Source: Chiloscyllium plagiosum (Eukaryota). From it: a stretch of 23,688 nt of DNA. The stretch's first letter is position 1, and each line of letters starts with the position of its first letter. Where the stretch lies: assembly GCF_004010195.1 (NCBI RefSeq), contig NC_057719.1:23068618-23092305 (forward strand), read 5' to 3'. Of this stretch, positions 11,091 through 22,071 are shown one piece after another. Position numbers and translations under genes: made by a program. The notes under the pieces were generated by a model, which saw only the letters and a program-made list of their open reading frames with translations, did not search any database and was not told the origin of the DNA.

Positions 11091-13620
11091 GAGTCATAGA
11101 GACCTTCAGCACGGAAACAGACCTCGCGGTCCAACTAGTCCATGCTGACCAGGTATCCAAAGTTAATCTCATCCTATTTGCCAGCATTTAGTTGGTATCC
11201 CTCTAAGCCCTTCCTATTCATATACCCATCCAGATGCCTCTTAAATATTGTAATTGTACCAGCCTCTACCACTTCGCCTGGCAGCTCATTCTATACACGC
11301 ACCACCTTTTGCATGAAAAATTTGCCTGAGTTCCCTTTAAAATCTGTTCCTTCTCACCGTAAAGCTATGCCCTCTAGTTCTGAACTCCCCCACCCCAGGG
11401 AAAAGACCTTGTCTATTTACCCTATCCATGTTCCTCAGCCTCCGACGCTCCAGGGAAAACAGCCTCAGCCTATTCAGTCCCTCCCTGGAGCTCAAATCCT
11501 CCAACCCTAGCAATATCCTTGTAAATCGTTTCTGAACACTTTCATGTTTCACAACATCCTTCTGGTAGGAGGGAGACCAGAATTGCACACAATATTCCAA
11601 AAGTGGCCTAACCAATGTCCTGTACAGCCATAACATGACCTCCCAACTCCTGTACTCAATGCATTGACCAACAAAGGAAAGCACACTATTCACTTTCTTC
11701 AATATCCTATCTGCTCGTGACTCCACTTTCAAGGAACTATGAACCTGCACTCCAGGGTCTCTTTTTTTTTTTTAGCAACACACTTTACTATTATATGTAT
11801 AATTCCTCTTCTGATTTGTTATTCCAAATGCAGCACATTGATCCAAATTGAACTCCATCTGCCATTCTCAGCACATTGGCCCTTCTGCTCAAGATCCCAT
11901 TGTAATCTGAGGTAACCTTCTTCACTGTCCACTACAACTCCAATTTTAGTGTCATCTGCAAACTTACTAACTATTCCTCCTATGTTTACATCCAAATTAT
12001 TTAGATAAATGACGAAAAGCAGTGGACCCAGCACCGATCTTTGTAGCACATCACTGGTCACAGGCCTCCAGTCTGAAAAGCAACCCTCCACCATTACACT
12101 CTGTCTTCTACCTTTGAGCCAGTTCTGTATCCGAATGGTTAGTTCTCCCTACATTCCATGCGATCTAGCCATGCTAACCAGTCTACCATGAGGAACCTTG
12201 TCAAATGTCTTACAGAAGTCAATATAAATCACATCGACCACTCTGTCCTCATCAATCCTCTTCATTACTACTTCAAAAACTCAATCAAGTCTGTGAGACA
12301 TATTTTCCCATGCACAAAGCCATGTTGACTATCCATAATCAGTCTTTACTTTTCCAAATACATGTAAATCCTGTCCCTCTGGATTCATTCCAACAACTTG
12401 CCCAACACTGATGTCAGTCTCACTGGTGTATCATTCCCTAGCTTTTCCTTATCACCTTCCCTAAATAGTAGCACCCCATGTTAGCCAACCTCCAGTCTTC
12501 TGGCACCTCACTTGTGACTATCGGTGATACAACTATCTCAACAAGGGGCCCAGCAATCACTTCCATAGCTTCCCCAGAGTTCTAGGGTACACCTGATCAG
12601 GTCCTGGGATTTATCCACCTTAATGTGTTTTCAGACATCCAGCACCTCCCCTCTGTAATATGGACATTTTTCAAGATGTCACAATCTATTTCTCCACGTT
12701 CTATGTCTTCCATGTCCTTCTCCACAGTAAACACTGATGTAAATTACTCATTTACTAACACCCCATCTCCTGCGGTTCCACACAAAGGCTGCCTTGCTGA
12801 TCTTTAAGGGCCCTATTCTTTCCCGAGTTACACTTTTGTCTTTAATGTATTCATAAAATCCCTTTGGATTCTCCTTAACCCTATTTGCCAAAGTTATCTC
12901 ATGTCCCCCTTTTGCCCTCCTGGGTACCCTCTTAAATATACTCTCCTGACATATGTTTCCTTCTTTATCTTGACCAAAACCGCAATTTCTCTAACCATCT
13001 AGCATTCCCTACACTTACCAGCCTTGCCTTTCACCCTAATAAGACATCCTGTCTCTGGACTCTCATTATCTCATTTTTGAAGGCTTCCTATTTTCCAGCC
13101 ATCTGGTTATCTGTGAACCGCTGCCCCAGTCAACATTTGAAAGTTCTTGCCTAATACTGACACAATTTGCCTTGCTCCAATTTAGTACTTCAACTTTTAG
13201 ATTAGGTTAGATTCCCTACAGTGTGGAAACAGACCCTTCGGCCCAAACAATCCACACCGACACTCCGAAGAGTAACCCACCCAGACCCATTTCTCTCTGA
13301 CTAATGCACCTAACACTATGAGCAATTTAGCATGGTCAATTCACCAAACTTGCACATCTTTGGACTGTGGAAGAAAACCGGAGTACCCGGAGGAAACCCA
13401 CGCAGACAAGGGGAGAACGTACAAACCCCACACAGACTGTCGCCCAAGGCTAGAATCGAACCTGTGAGGCAGCGTGCTAACCACTGAGCCACTGTGCAGC
13501 CAAAAGGTGCAGTCTAATCTTTTCCATCACTATTTTAAAACTAACAGAATTATGGTCGCTGTCACCAAAGTCCTCCCCCACTGACACCTCAGTCACTTGC
13601 TCTGCATTATTTCTCAAGAA
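11091..13620 (-). mobile_element. CR1 (HER1-like) LINE, 5'-truncated ORF2 pseudogene with 3' end at 11091, interrupted by a SINE
   Basis: Minus-strand translations WRPVTSDVLQRSVLGPLLFVIYLNNLD..SKFADDTKIG and LYRTLVRPLLEYCVQFWSP; endonuclease end VGEDFGDSDHNSVSF at ~13535-13580; multiple frameshifts and stops. Confidence 0.93.
13201..13501 (-). mobile_element. tRNA-derived SINE (HE1/V-SINE-like) nested in CR1
   Basis: Same sequence family as 2142-2454. CR1 sequence continues on both sides. Confidence 0.92.
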
Positions 13621-14329
13621 ACCACATGCCTTTTAGGACAACCCAAGCTTTCAAGTCACTCTTGTCATAAAATTAAACCTTGCACCCTAGCTGAACACAG
13701 CAGCATCCAACTGACAACATGAAATGAGTAACTAATTCAGCATTTTTTTTTCTTTACTGTTGCTGAGGGATTGCTGATGACCAGAAGAAATTTTCCATTC
13801 TTCCTACAGAGGTTGTTGTCAGATATCAGCATCTACCTGCCTCCCATCTCCCTGCAAGCTTACATTGTATTGCAGTGGTAATAATTGCACACATGACACA
13901 GTACTGTTTTACAACACTGGACAATCAACTGTAATTATGTGCCTAAGTCCAAAAGTGGGACTTGAACCCATGGGCTGCTAATATTCTCACTAAGCAAGTC
14001 TGACAGCTGAAAATGTAAAGATGTAGCTTGGGAATACTTCTGACATGCATTTTTTTTAATTAAATCTTCAGGCTCTGTAGATTTATGACAAATTAAAGCC
14101 ATGCTCTTGGACTTGAGCATCAAACGCAAGATAACACTGCAATGAATTCTGAAATGTGGGCTGCACTGCTGTGCAGTACATTTTTTTTCCTTTTCACACC
14201 TATCGTGTACACTTATCTGACACCTCTATCGGTCCTTTACCACCATTAGCACTCAATTTGTCTTTTACTTTGGGCACTGTCACCATCTGTTCCACTCACA
14301 CGTCCTCCCCCTCAGTTAACAGCACTAAA

Positions 14330-14470
14330 CTCAACACTTTCCAGTCATTTTGTCTCATGAGAATAAACTCATTTTTGGACTCAAACTTTTAACTCTGTTT
14401 CTCTACAGATGTTACGTTTCTCCTGCATTTCTATTTATTTTAGATTTCTAGCATTTGAAGTATTTAATTT
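14330..14470 (+). mobile_element. Very decayed Penelope-like 3' end
   Basis: TGGACTCAAACTTTTAACTCTGTTTCTCTACAGATG..AGATTTCTAGCATTTGAAG parallels 17310-17390. Confidence 0.4.
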
Positions 14471-14524
14471 TTTCCTCCGTTACTGAAGCAGACTACTTTT
14501 TAAAAGCATCAAGACTGGGACAAC

Positions 14525-14700
14525 ATTCAGGCTTTGGTTTCTAAGTGGTAAGTAAACGTTGTACGGACAATGATGAACACAAATGTTCTAACTGTCCCTC
14601 CCCTTGATCTTGAAATATTGCTGAGTCCCCACGGTCAACGTCCTGATGTTTACAATTGACTAGACGCAGAAATAGACCAGCCCTTATAAATACTGAAATG
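14525..14700 (+). mobile_element. Decayed LINE RT C-terminal fragment
   Basis: ATTGCTGAGTCCCCACGGTCAACGTCCTGATGTTTACAATTGAC reads as IAESP(T)VNVL.FTID with frameshifts. Confidence 0.45.
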
Positions 14701-14733
14701 ACAATTAGAAGTTGCAGCAAGAATTCACCTCCA

Positions 14734-14992
14734 GACTCATAGAATCCCTACAGTGTGAAAGCAGGCCATTTGGCTCATCGAGTCCACACTGACCCTCTGA
14801 AGCACTGCCCACCCAGACCCACCCCCCTACCCAATCCCTTTAACCCCGCATATCACATGGCTAATCAACCTAGCCTTCATATCTTTGGACTGTGGGAGGA
14901 AACTGGAGCACCAGGAGAAAACCCATGCAGACACGGGGAGAATGTGCAAATTCAACACAAACCATCGCCAATGATGGAATTGACCCCGGTGC
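14734..14992 (-). mobile_element. tRNA-derived SINE (HE1-like), 5'-truncated
   Basis: Tail GAATCCCTACAGTGTGAAAGCAGGCC and core CTTTGGACTGTGGGAGGAAACTGGAGCACC..GAGAATGTGCAAA match the other copies. Confidence 0.88.
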
Positions 14993-14994
14993 TA

Positions 14995-15680
14995 TGAGGG
15001 TTCTGAACACGCTTACAGTCGCAGCTGACAATATCAGACTTTTGATGGAGAAAAATCCAGTCCTGGCAAAGCTGAAACAGCTGGTAGTGATGGGGGAAAC
15101 TAAAGGTCCATCACAAATAGAACTGAAACATTTTTGGAGAGACCAGATCACAGTGGAGGGTGGGGGCAAGAGTGGTTATCCCAAGCACATGCCACTGCCA
15201 AATACTGGTGGCCAGGATTGGATGCAGACGTAGCTGCGTTGGTGGGGTAGTGCCCAGAGTGCCAACAAAGACAAAAATTACCACCAGCAGCTGCCCCACA
15301 CTTGTGGGAAGGGCTGGGTAAACCCTGGACTGGGTTACACGTTGACTATGTATTCCTTTAATGAACACAGTGTTCTTAGTCATTGTGAATGTTCACTCAA
15401 AGTGGTTGGATGTTCGTAGAGTTCATTCATCAAACACGTTGATAACATAGAAAGGCTGTGTGCATCTTCTGCAATACACAGGCTTAAGGAAGTATTGGGC
15501 ACAGATAACTGGTCATCATTTACCAGCAGGGAATTACAGTACTTCCTAAAATTGAATGGTAATCAAAATATACAGGCAGCTCCATGTAGTCCAAACTTTG
15601 ATGGCAGGCTTAAAGAAACAGCCTACAGCTTCACTAGATACCAAACTGTCCCAGTTCCTATTTGATTGTAGGTCACCTCC
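14995..15680 (+). mobile_element. Ty3/Gypsy LTR-retrotransposon pol remnant (integrase zinc finger and rve core)
   Basis: Translates as WWPGLDADVAALVG*CPECQQ..KPWTGLHVDY..FLVIVNVHSKWLDV..TDNWSSFTSRELQYFLKLNG, with frameshifts and deletions. Confidence 0.85.
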
Positions 15681-16003
15681 ATCAGATTACTAATGAAGTG
15701 AACATCTATATTCTGTCTGTAAAAACGAACCTGAGCTTCCCGTTGCCTGCCACTTCAACATGACACCGTGTTGCCATGCCAATGTTTCTGTATCAGGCTT
15801 GCTGCAGTGCTCCAGCAAGACTAAACAAATGCTAGAGGAACAACACCCCATCCTTTGATTGGGTGCCCTGCAGCCTTCAGGAATCAACATTGAGCTCAAT
15901 CATCTTAGAACATGAACACTTCTTTCTGTGTTGATTACCCACTCTGACCCCTTCAGGTCCTGTCATTCCATGTGTTGCTTTTGACTGAGCCAACCCATTA
16001 TCA

Positions 16004-17169
16004 TCTTCCACAACTACACTGGCCCCACCCTCCACCTTTTCCTCCGCTACATCGATGACTGTATCGGCGCCACCTCGTGCTCCCACGAAGAGGTTGAACA
16101 GTTCATCCACTTCACCAACACCTTCCACCCCGACCTCAAATTCACCTAGACCGTCTCAGATTCCTCCCTCCCCTTCCTCGACCTTTCTATTTCCATCTCA
16201 GGTGACCGAATCAACACGGATATCTACTACAAACCGACCGACTCCCACAGCTACCTGGACTACACCTCCTCCCATCCTGCCCCCTGTAAAAACGCCATCC
16301 CATTCTCCCAATTCCTTCGACTCCGCCGCATCTGCTCCCAGGAGGACCAGTTCCAAAAACGCACAACCCAGATGGCCTCCTTCTTCAAGGACCGCAATTT
16401 CCCCCCCGACGTCGTCGACGATGCCCTCCACCGCATCTCTTCCACATCCCGCTCCTCCGCCCTTGANNNNNNNNNNNNNNNNNNNNNNNNNNNNNNNNNN
16501 NNNNNNNNNNNNNNNNNNNNNNNNNNNNNNNNNNNNNNNNNNNNNNNNNNNNNNNNNNNNNNNNNNNNNNNNNNNNNNNNNNNNNNNNNNNNNNNNNNNN
16601 NNNNNNNNNNNNNNNNNNNNNNNNNNNNNNNNNNNNNNNNNNNNNNNNNNNNNNNNNNNNNNNNNNNNNNNNNNNNNNNNNNNNNNNNNNNNNNNNNNNN
16701 NNNNNNNNNNNNNNNNNNNNNNNNNNNNNNNNNNNNNNNNNNNNNNNNNNNNNNNNNNNNNNNNNNNNNNNNNNNNNNNNNNNNNNNNNNNNNNNNNNNN
16801 NNNNNNNNNNNNNNNNNNNNNNNNNNNNNNNNNNNNNNNNNNNNNNNNNNNNNNNNNNNNNNNNNNNNNNNNNNNNNNNNNNNNNNTCAGTCAAATCCAT
16901 CGAACTCAGCACCGCCTTCCTAACCTGCAATCTTCTTCCCGACCTCTCCGCCCCCACTCCCGTCTGACCTATCACCCTCACCTTGACCTCTTTCCACCTA
17001 TCACATTTCCGACGCCCCTCCCCCAAGTCCCTCCTCCCTAACTTTTATCTTAGCCTGCTGGACAAACTTTCCTCATTCCTGAAGAAGGGCTTATGTCCGA
17101 AACGTCGATTCTCCTGTTCCCTGGATGCTGCCTGACCTGCTGCGCTTTTCCAGCAACACATTTTCAGCT
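16004..17169 (+). mobile_element. Young 5'-truncated Penelope-like retroelement: RT core, gap, 3' pLTR
   Basis: Frame +1 reads FLRYIDDCIG..FHPDLKFT*TVSDSSLPFLDL..YYKPTDSHSYLDYTSSHP..IPFSQFLRLRRICS, with one stop at 16147-16149. TSD CCAACCCATTATCA at 15990-16003 and 17170-17183. Confidence 0.92.
17075..17110 (+). ncRNA. Minimal hammerhead ribozyme motif in PLE pLTR
   Basis: CTGAAGA-A-GGGC-TTAT-GTCC-GAAA-C-GTC, with one G-U pair in stem II. Confidence 0.65.
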
Positions 17170-18439
17170 CCAACCCATTATCAGTCACTCATAGCCCCCA
17201 TTAACATTGAGCTGGTTTTTCTTCTTTCCTCACTTCCTATCAACAGTGTCTTTAACAGGTCCCATCAACAGCATAAAAACCATCTACTCTCAGTTCTGGA
17301 AAAAGGCCACTGGACTTGAAATGTGAACTTTGCTTTCTCTCCACAGATGCTCCCAACCCTGCTGAGTTTCTCCAGCAATTCTTGTTTCAGCTCACTGCTG
17401 GAGTCTTGACAACTTGGCTAAGGGAGGTAGGTGCCACTGAGGTGGGTCATAGCCCCCTCCTTGAGGCATAGTCAGCATCCCTTGACTAATGTTCCTGCCA
17501 TTAGCCTGCTCCAGGCAGGCCACTTGCATGGTAAAGGCAGCTCCCAATCCCCCATCCCTTCCCCTACAGCCCACCCTGCTCTGGGATGGCAGTCTAACAG
17601 TGGAAAATAACAACAAATTTTATTTGTAATTGTCTTTATTCATGCCTACCTTTGTAATTCATGTAATTGATTGCTGTACCTCTCCTCCCATGGGAAGTAT
17701 TGCTGGTGATGGAAATACATCATTCTGACCCCCACCCCCCCACCTCACATCCCAGTTTTGGAAAACCTATGCCTCCATCTCAGAAGTGGGAAACACCAGC
17801 CCATTAATGCTGTTTTGTTCTCCATAGTTCTGTCAGACTTGCTGAACTAGTCAAGCAAATACTGTTTATGTTTTTAATTAAGTTTTCTAATCATAATTCA
17901 GAGCTTCCTGCACCAGTTGAGTCATGTATTGCTCCATGGCTTATTTTCCATATGTTCCACTTGTCTGCGTATATCCCCTAGATCGTTGTGCTCCTGACGT
18001 TCCCTATAATCTGCTTTCTTTGTTGGGACTGCACCTGTTATTTTCGACATCATTCTCCTGATTAATACTACACAAGGTGACTCTGTTATAATAAAATCTG
18101 TCAACATGAAGCTCACTATGGAAGCATATGAAAAACTCCCATGCATACTTTACTTGTAGAATGTAACTTTACACCTCCACTCATAAAACTGTGATAAAAT
18201 AAATTGTGGTTCATTTCGGAACACTCCATGTTTGATGAAATGCTCACCACATTTAATTTCATACTAGCTTTTATATATTAGAGAACCACAAACCTATTTT
18301 CAGCTGTCAGACAAAAATAATTTTCAGACTGTCTTGCAGCAATACAGTTACTGCTGAGCTAATTGCATATTGTCGTCAACTCCACTTGCATTATTTTTCT
18401 CTCTTATTCAATTTGGCAAATATTTCACATCCATCAAAA

Positions 18440-18497
18440 ATGAGAAATAGGAACAGAAGTAGGCCATTCAGCCCACTGATACTGTCCCACTATGATC
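18440..18497 (-). mobile_element. CR1 3' tail fragment
   Basis: GAAATAGGAACAGAAGTAGGCCATTCAGCCC is the reverse complement of a typical CR1 terminal motif. Confidence 0.55.
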
Positions 18498-18854
18498 AAG
18501 GCATTTGGTGAGGTTTAGGTTCAGTTTAGACTTTATTGTCACGTGTACTCAAGTTCACTGGAGTGTTCTGTAAGGAACCACTATTGACTATAACACAATT
18601 TCATGAGTGGAAGCGTAAAGGTATAAGAGAGTAGTGTACAATATTTCCACATCCAACACCATCTTAGATACAAAGGTACAAAATATTAGGTACAAATATA
18701 AATAAATAAGTTTAAAATTCATCACTACAGTTCTTCTTAGTATAAAGCAGAAAAATAAAGAAAGAAAAGTTAAAAGTTAAATGTTACAGTCCTTTCCTAA
18801 GCCCTCAGTCTGCAGACAGTCCATGCTGGGCTTTCCCAATGAGGGCTCACTCTT

Positions 18855-19458
18855 GCTTGCACACTTCTGCCCACAGTGGGCACACTTTCACCCACACTGA
18901 GCACACTTCCACCCACACTGGCCACATTTCCACCAGCACTGGGCACACTTTCACGCATGGTGAGCACACTGCCACCCATACTGGGCATGCTCCCACCTAG
19001 TCTGAGCACGCTTCCACCCACACTCAACACACTTCCTCCAGCACTAGTCACACTCCCAACCACGCTGGTCATGCTTTCACCTATGCTGAGCACACTTTCA
19101 CCTGCGCTGGGCACATTTCCACCCACACTGGGTACAGTTCCACCTGCATGTTCCACTACCCCCAACCCCCCACCCCGACCCCACCCCCCCCACTGGTACT
19201 GGGCATGCATCCAGACACACTTAGCATGCTTTCACACATACAGACACACTGGGCACAATACCATGCTCACTGAGCACTCTTCCACCTGTGCTGGGCACAC
19301 TTCCACCCACACTGGGTAAACTTCCACCCATACTGGGCATGCTCCCACCCAGTCTGAGCACACTTACACCGACACTATGCAAACTTGCACCAGTGCTGGG
19401 CACACTTGCACCCACACTGTGCACACTTCCACCCACATTGGGCACACTCCCACCCACA
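18855..19458. repeat. 21-bp minisatellite, consensus CTGGGCACACTTCCACCCACA, in two blocks separated by a C-rich spacer
   Basis: Tandem diverged 21-mers at ~18855-19150 and ~19270-19458. They produce the 7-aa periodic ORFs (LGTLPPT / VGGSVPS). Confidence 0.92.
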
Positions 19459-19764
19459 GATCTATCAGCAGATTGTGATTGTGGGGTTGCTTGAACACAG
19501 CGAGGATGAGTTGCATATGTCTCCATCAAAGCCAGAGCAACATCTACAAATTCAAGGTGAAGTCAAAAAAGTAGATACTTCCTAATTGTTTTCCATGCTG
19601 GGCATGCCTGAAATTTAAGGTCCCCAGATGGTATTATGGGGCAGCTGCCTCCATTACCAGCAAAGAGTTAATTGTAATGGAAACCAGGTAGATTAGCAAT
19701 TCTCCAGATAAGGTAATCGACTGACTACTGGGTTCAGCAATAGGAGTGACATCTTCTGCAAAGT

Positions 19765-19808
19765 TAAAAATCACACAACACCACAGTCCAACACCGGCAC
19801 CTCCACAT
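19765..19808. mobile_element. 44-bp mini-insertion flanked by a 15-bp TSD
   Basis: CATCTTCTGCAAAGT at 19750-19764 and 19809-19823. The insert begins like 5044-5066. Confidence 0.75.
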
Positions 19809-21532
19809 CATCTTCTGCAAAGTACATAGAAGAGAGAAAAGATCCTCCAGTAGAGAATTGATTTACAGAGAAACAGAATCAAGGTCCTCAAGACGAACCA
19901 ATCTTCCAAGTCAGAAAAGAACAGGATCTTGAAAAATTGTACAACCTTGATACAACCTACATTTGAGAAGTTAGACACTTAAGAGATGAGGTTGTGGTTA
20001 CTGTAAAAGTGGATACATAATGTAGTTGAATGTAGAATTGTTAATTATGGGGAAAAACGCTTGGGGAGATATCATTTCAGGGAAAAGTTCTAAAAGAGTT
20101 TAAGGTTAGAGGTGCATTAGCTTCACAAAAACATATGACGTTGCACTGTGCATCTTAAACAGAGATAGATAAACATATCTGGCATCTCATAGTTGAAATC
20201 ATGTCTTAACTTATTCCTGTTAATTGTACCTATTGCTATCATGCAATGACTTACACATTGTTATGTAAAACGAGTGCTTCTTATTGTTACATCTTTATTG
20301 AGGCCGATATTCGACAACTAATAATTAGATAAGTAATAATTTGGCATAAGAAGGATGATTGACAATAAATTAGCAAACCACAAGCCACCAGTGTTGGGTA
20401 ACCAATGCTGGCACTGATGGCATCTGAGAAGATGACACCTTCCACCTTTGACTTAACAGTAGCAGGAGGTTTTGGCCACCTATAGGAAACTAAGACAGAC
20501 CCTGTCAAACATACATGGCTTGAGTTGGAACGGGCTGCATTTAATTCAATCTAGCTCCAAAAGATGAGGATGAAAGGTAAATGGATATGAAAATGAAAAA
20601 CAAAACAGGGCAAAGACTTGGGACAGATTTGGGACAAATTAAAAATCTCTCAAGGAGCTAACATAGGCACAAAGGACCTATTTCAGCGCTGTTTGATACT
20701 ACGAATATTATCAGTCAGCCCAATCAGCACAAAGCAGCCTCATGGCTTATTGATAAAATCATAGACCAAATGGCAATGCTAGTGATTGAAGCCTCCTCCT
20801 GCCAGAACACACACACACACGCGCACATACACGCATGCACACATACACCCACACACATACAGTCCCCCACACACAAACCACATACACACGTGCATACCAG
20901 TATGCGTGTGTGTACATACACATGCACGTATACTCACATACAGGTACACACAAAAACATACACATACATATATGCACATGTACACACATACACACACGTA
21001 CACACACATACCTACACACACATGAACACGTCCACACGTACATGCACACATGTACGTACATACACAAGCACACATATACACACACATGCGCACATGTACA
21101 TTACACACATGTACACACACATACATGTACATACACACTCATACATGTACACACACATGTTCACATACACGGGACATGTACATGTGTAAATAAATACACA
21201 TGTACATATACACACATGTATGCACACACATACACGTACACATACCCATGTGTGTACACAAACACATTAATGTATATACGTACATACACATACATGTACA
21301 CACACATACACGTACACAAACAGACAAGCACATTTACAAGCACTCTCACACACACAAACATGTACACACGTACACACACACACATGCATATGTACTAACA
21401 CACATATATACACCCACATACACATGCACACTCACACATACACACACATGTCATACACAAACACTCACGTACACACATTCACATGTACACACACATACAT
21501 GTATACACACACATACATGTACACACATTCAT

Positions 21533-21570
21533 GATTCCTGAAGAAGGGCTTATGCCCGAAACGTCGATTC
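21533..21570 (+). ncRNA. Minimal hammerhead ribozyme motif, intact core
   Basis: GATTC-CTGAAGA-A-GGGC-TTAT-GCCC-GAAA-C-GTC-GATTC. Core at 21538-21544, GAAA at 21558-21561, GTC at 21563-21565. Confidence 0.7.
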
Positions 21571-21661
21571 TCCTGTTCCCTGGATGCTGCCTGACCTGCT
21601 GCGCTTTTCCAGCAACACATTTTCAGCTCTGATCTCCAGCATCTGCAGACCTCATTTTCTC
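21533..21661 (+). mobile_element. Solo Penelope pLTR 3' fragment with hammerhead core
   Basis: Nearly identical to 17075-17170 plus a 3' tail. TSD CACACATTCAT at 21522-21532 and 21662-21672. Confidence 0.85.
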
Positions 21662-22071
21662 CACACATTCATACACACACGAGCACATATATACACACAA
21701 GCACATGTACACACATGCACGCACATGTAATGCACATGTGCACACACATGTATGCACACACACCTATGCACACACATACACATACACATATTCACATGTA
21801 TACACACACGTACACATTCACACAGACAAATGTACATGTACACGATCACATACACATGTACATATGCACACACACATGTATACACACAGATGCAAACACC
21901 CACGTGTACCCACAAGTACATACATGCACACATGTACACATACGCAGACGGACATGCATATACATACACACACGTACACACAAGTACACAGAGGCACACA
22001 CATGTATACACGTACACAAACAAGTACACACATACACACACGTGCATGTACACAAACACACACACACACAC

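Larger units (their letters stand above)
15690..17392 (+). mobile_element. Older Penelope-like element 3' part (GIY-YIG C-terminus plus 3' end), split by a younger PLE
   Basis: 15735-15910 reads LPVACHFN..VSVSGLLQC..LEEQHPIL*LGALQPSGINIELN. It resumes at 17184 and ends GATGCTCCCAACCCTGCTGAGTTTCTCCAGCAATT. Confidence 0.7.
20808..22071. repeat. Compound degenerate (CA)n/(TA)/(CATGTA) microsatellite
   Basis: About 1.26 kb of alternating purine-pyrimidine sequence, interrupted at 21533-21661. Confidence 0.97.

Noticed and set aside
16055..17041. 328-aa Pro/Ser/Thr-rich ORF
   Set aside because: An off-frame reading of the C-rich Penelope RT plus an N gap; the true frame is +1 (RYIDD).
18797..19529. 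Mucin-like ORFs with 7-aa repeats on both strands
   Set aside because: A consequence of a 21-bp stop-free unit; the frame breaks between blocks and there is no splice or signal evidence.
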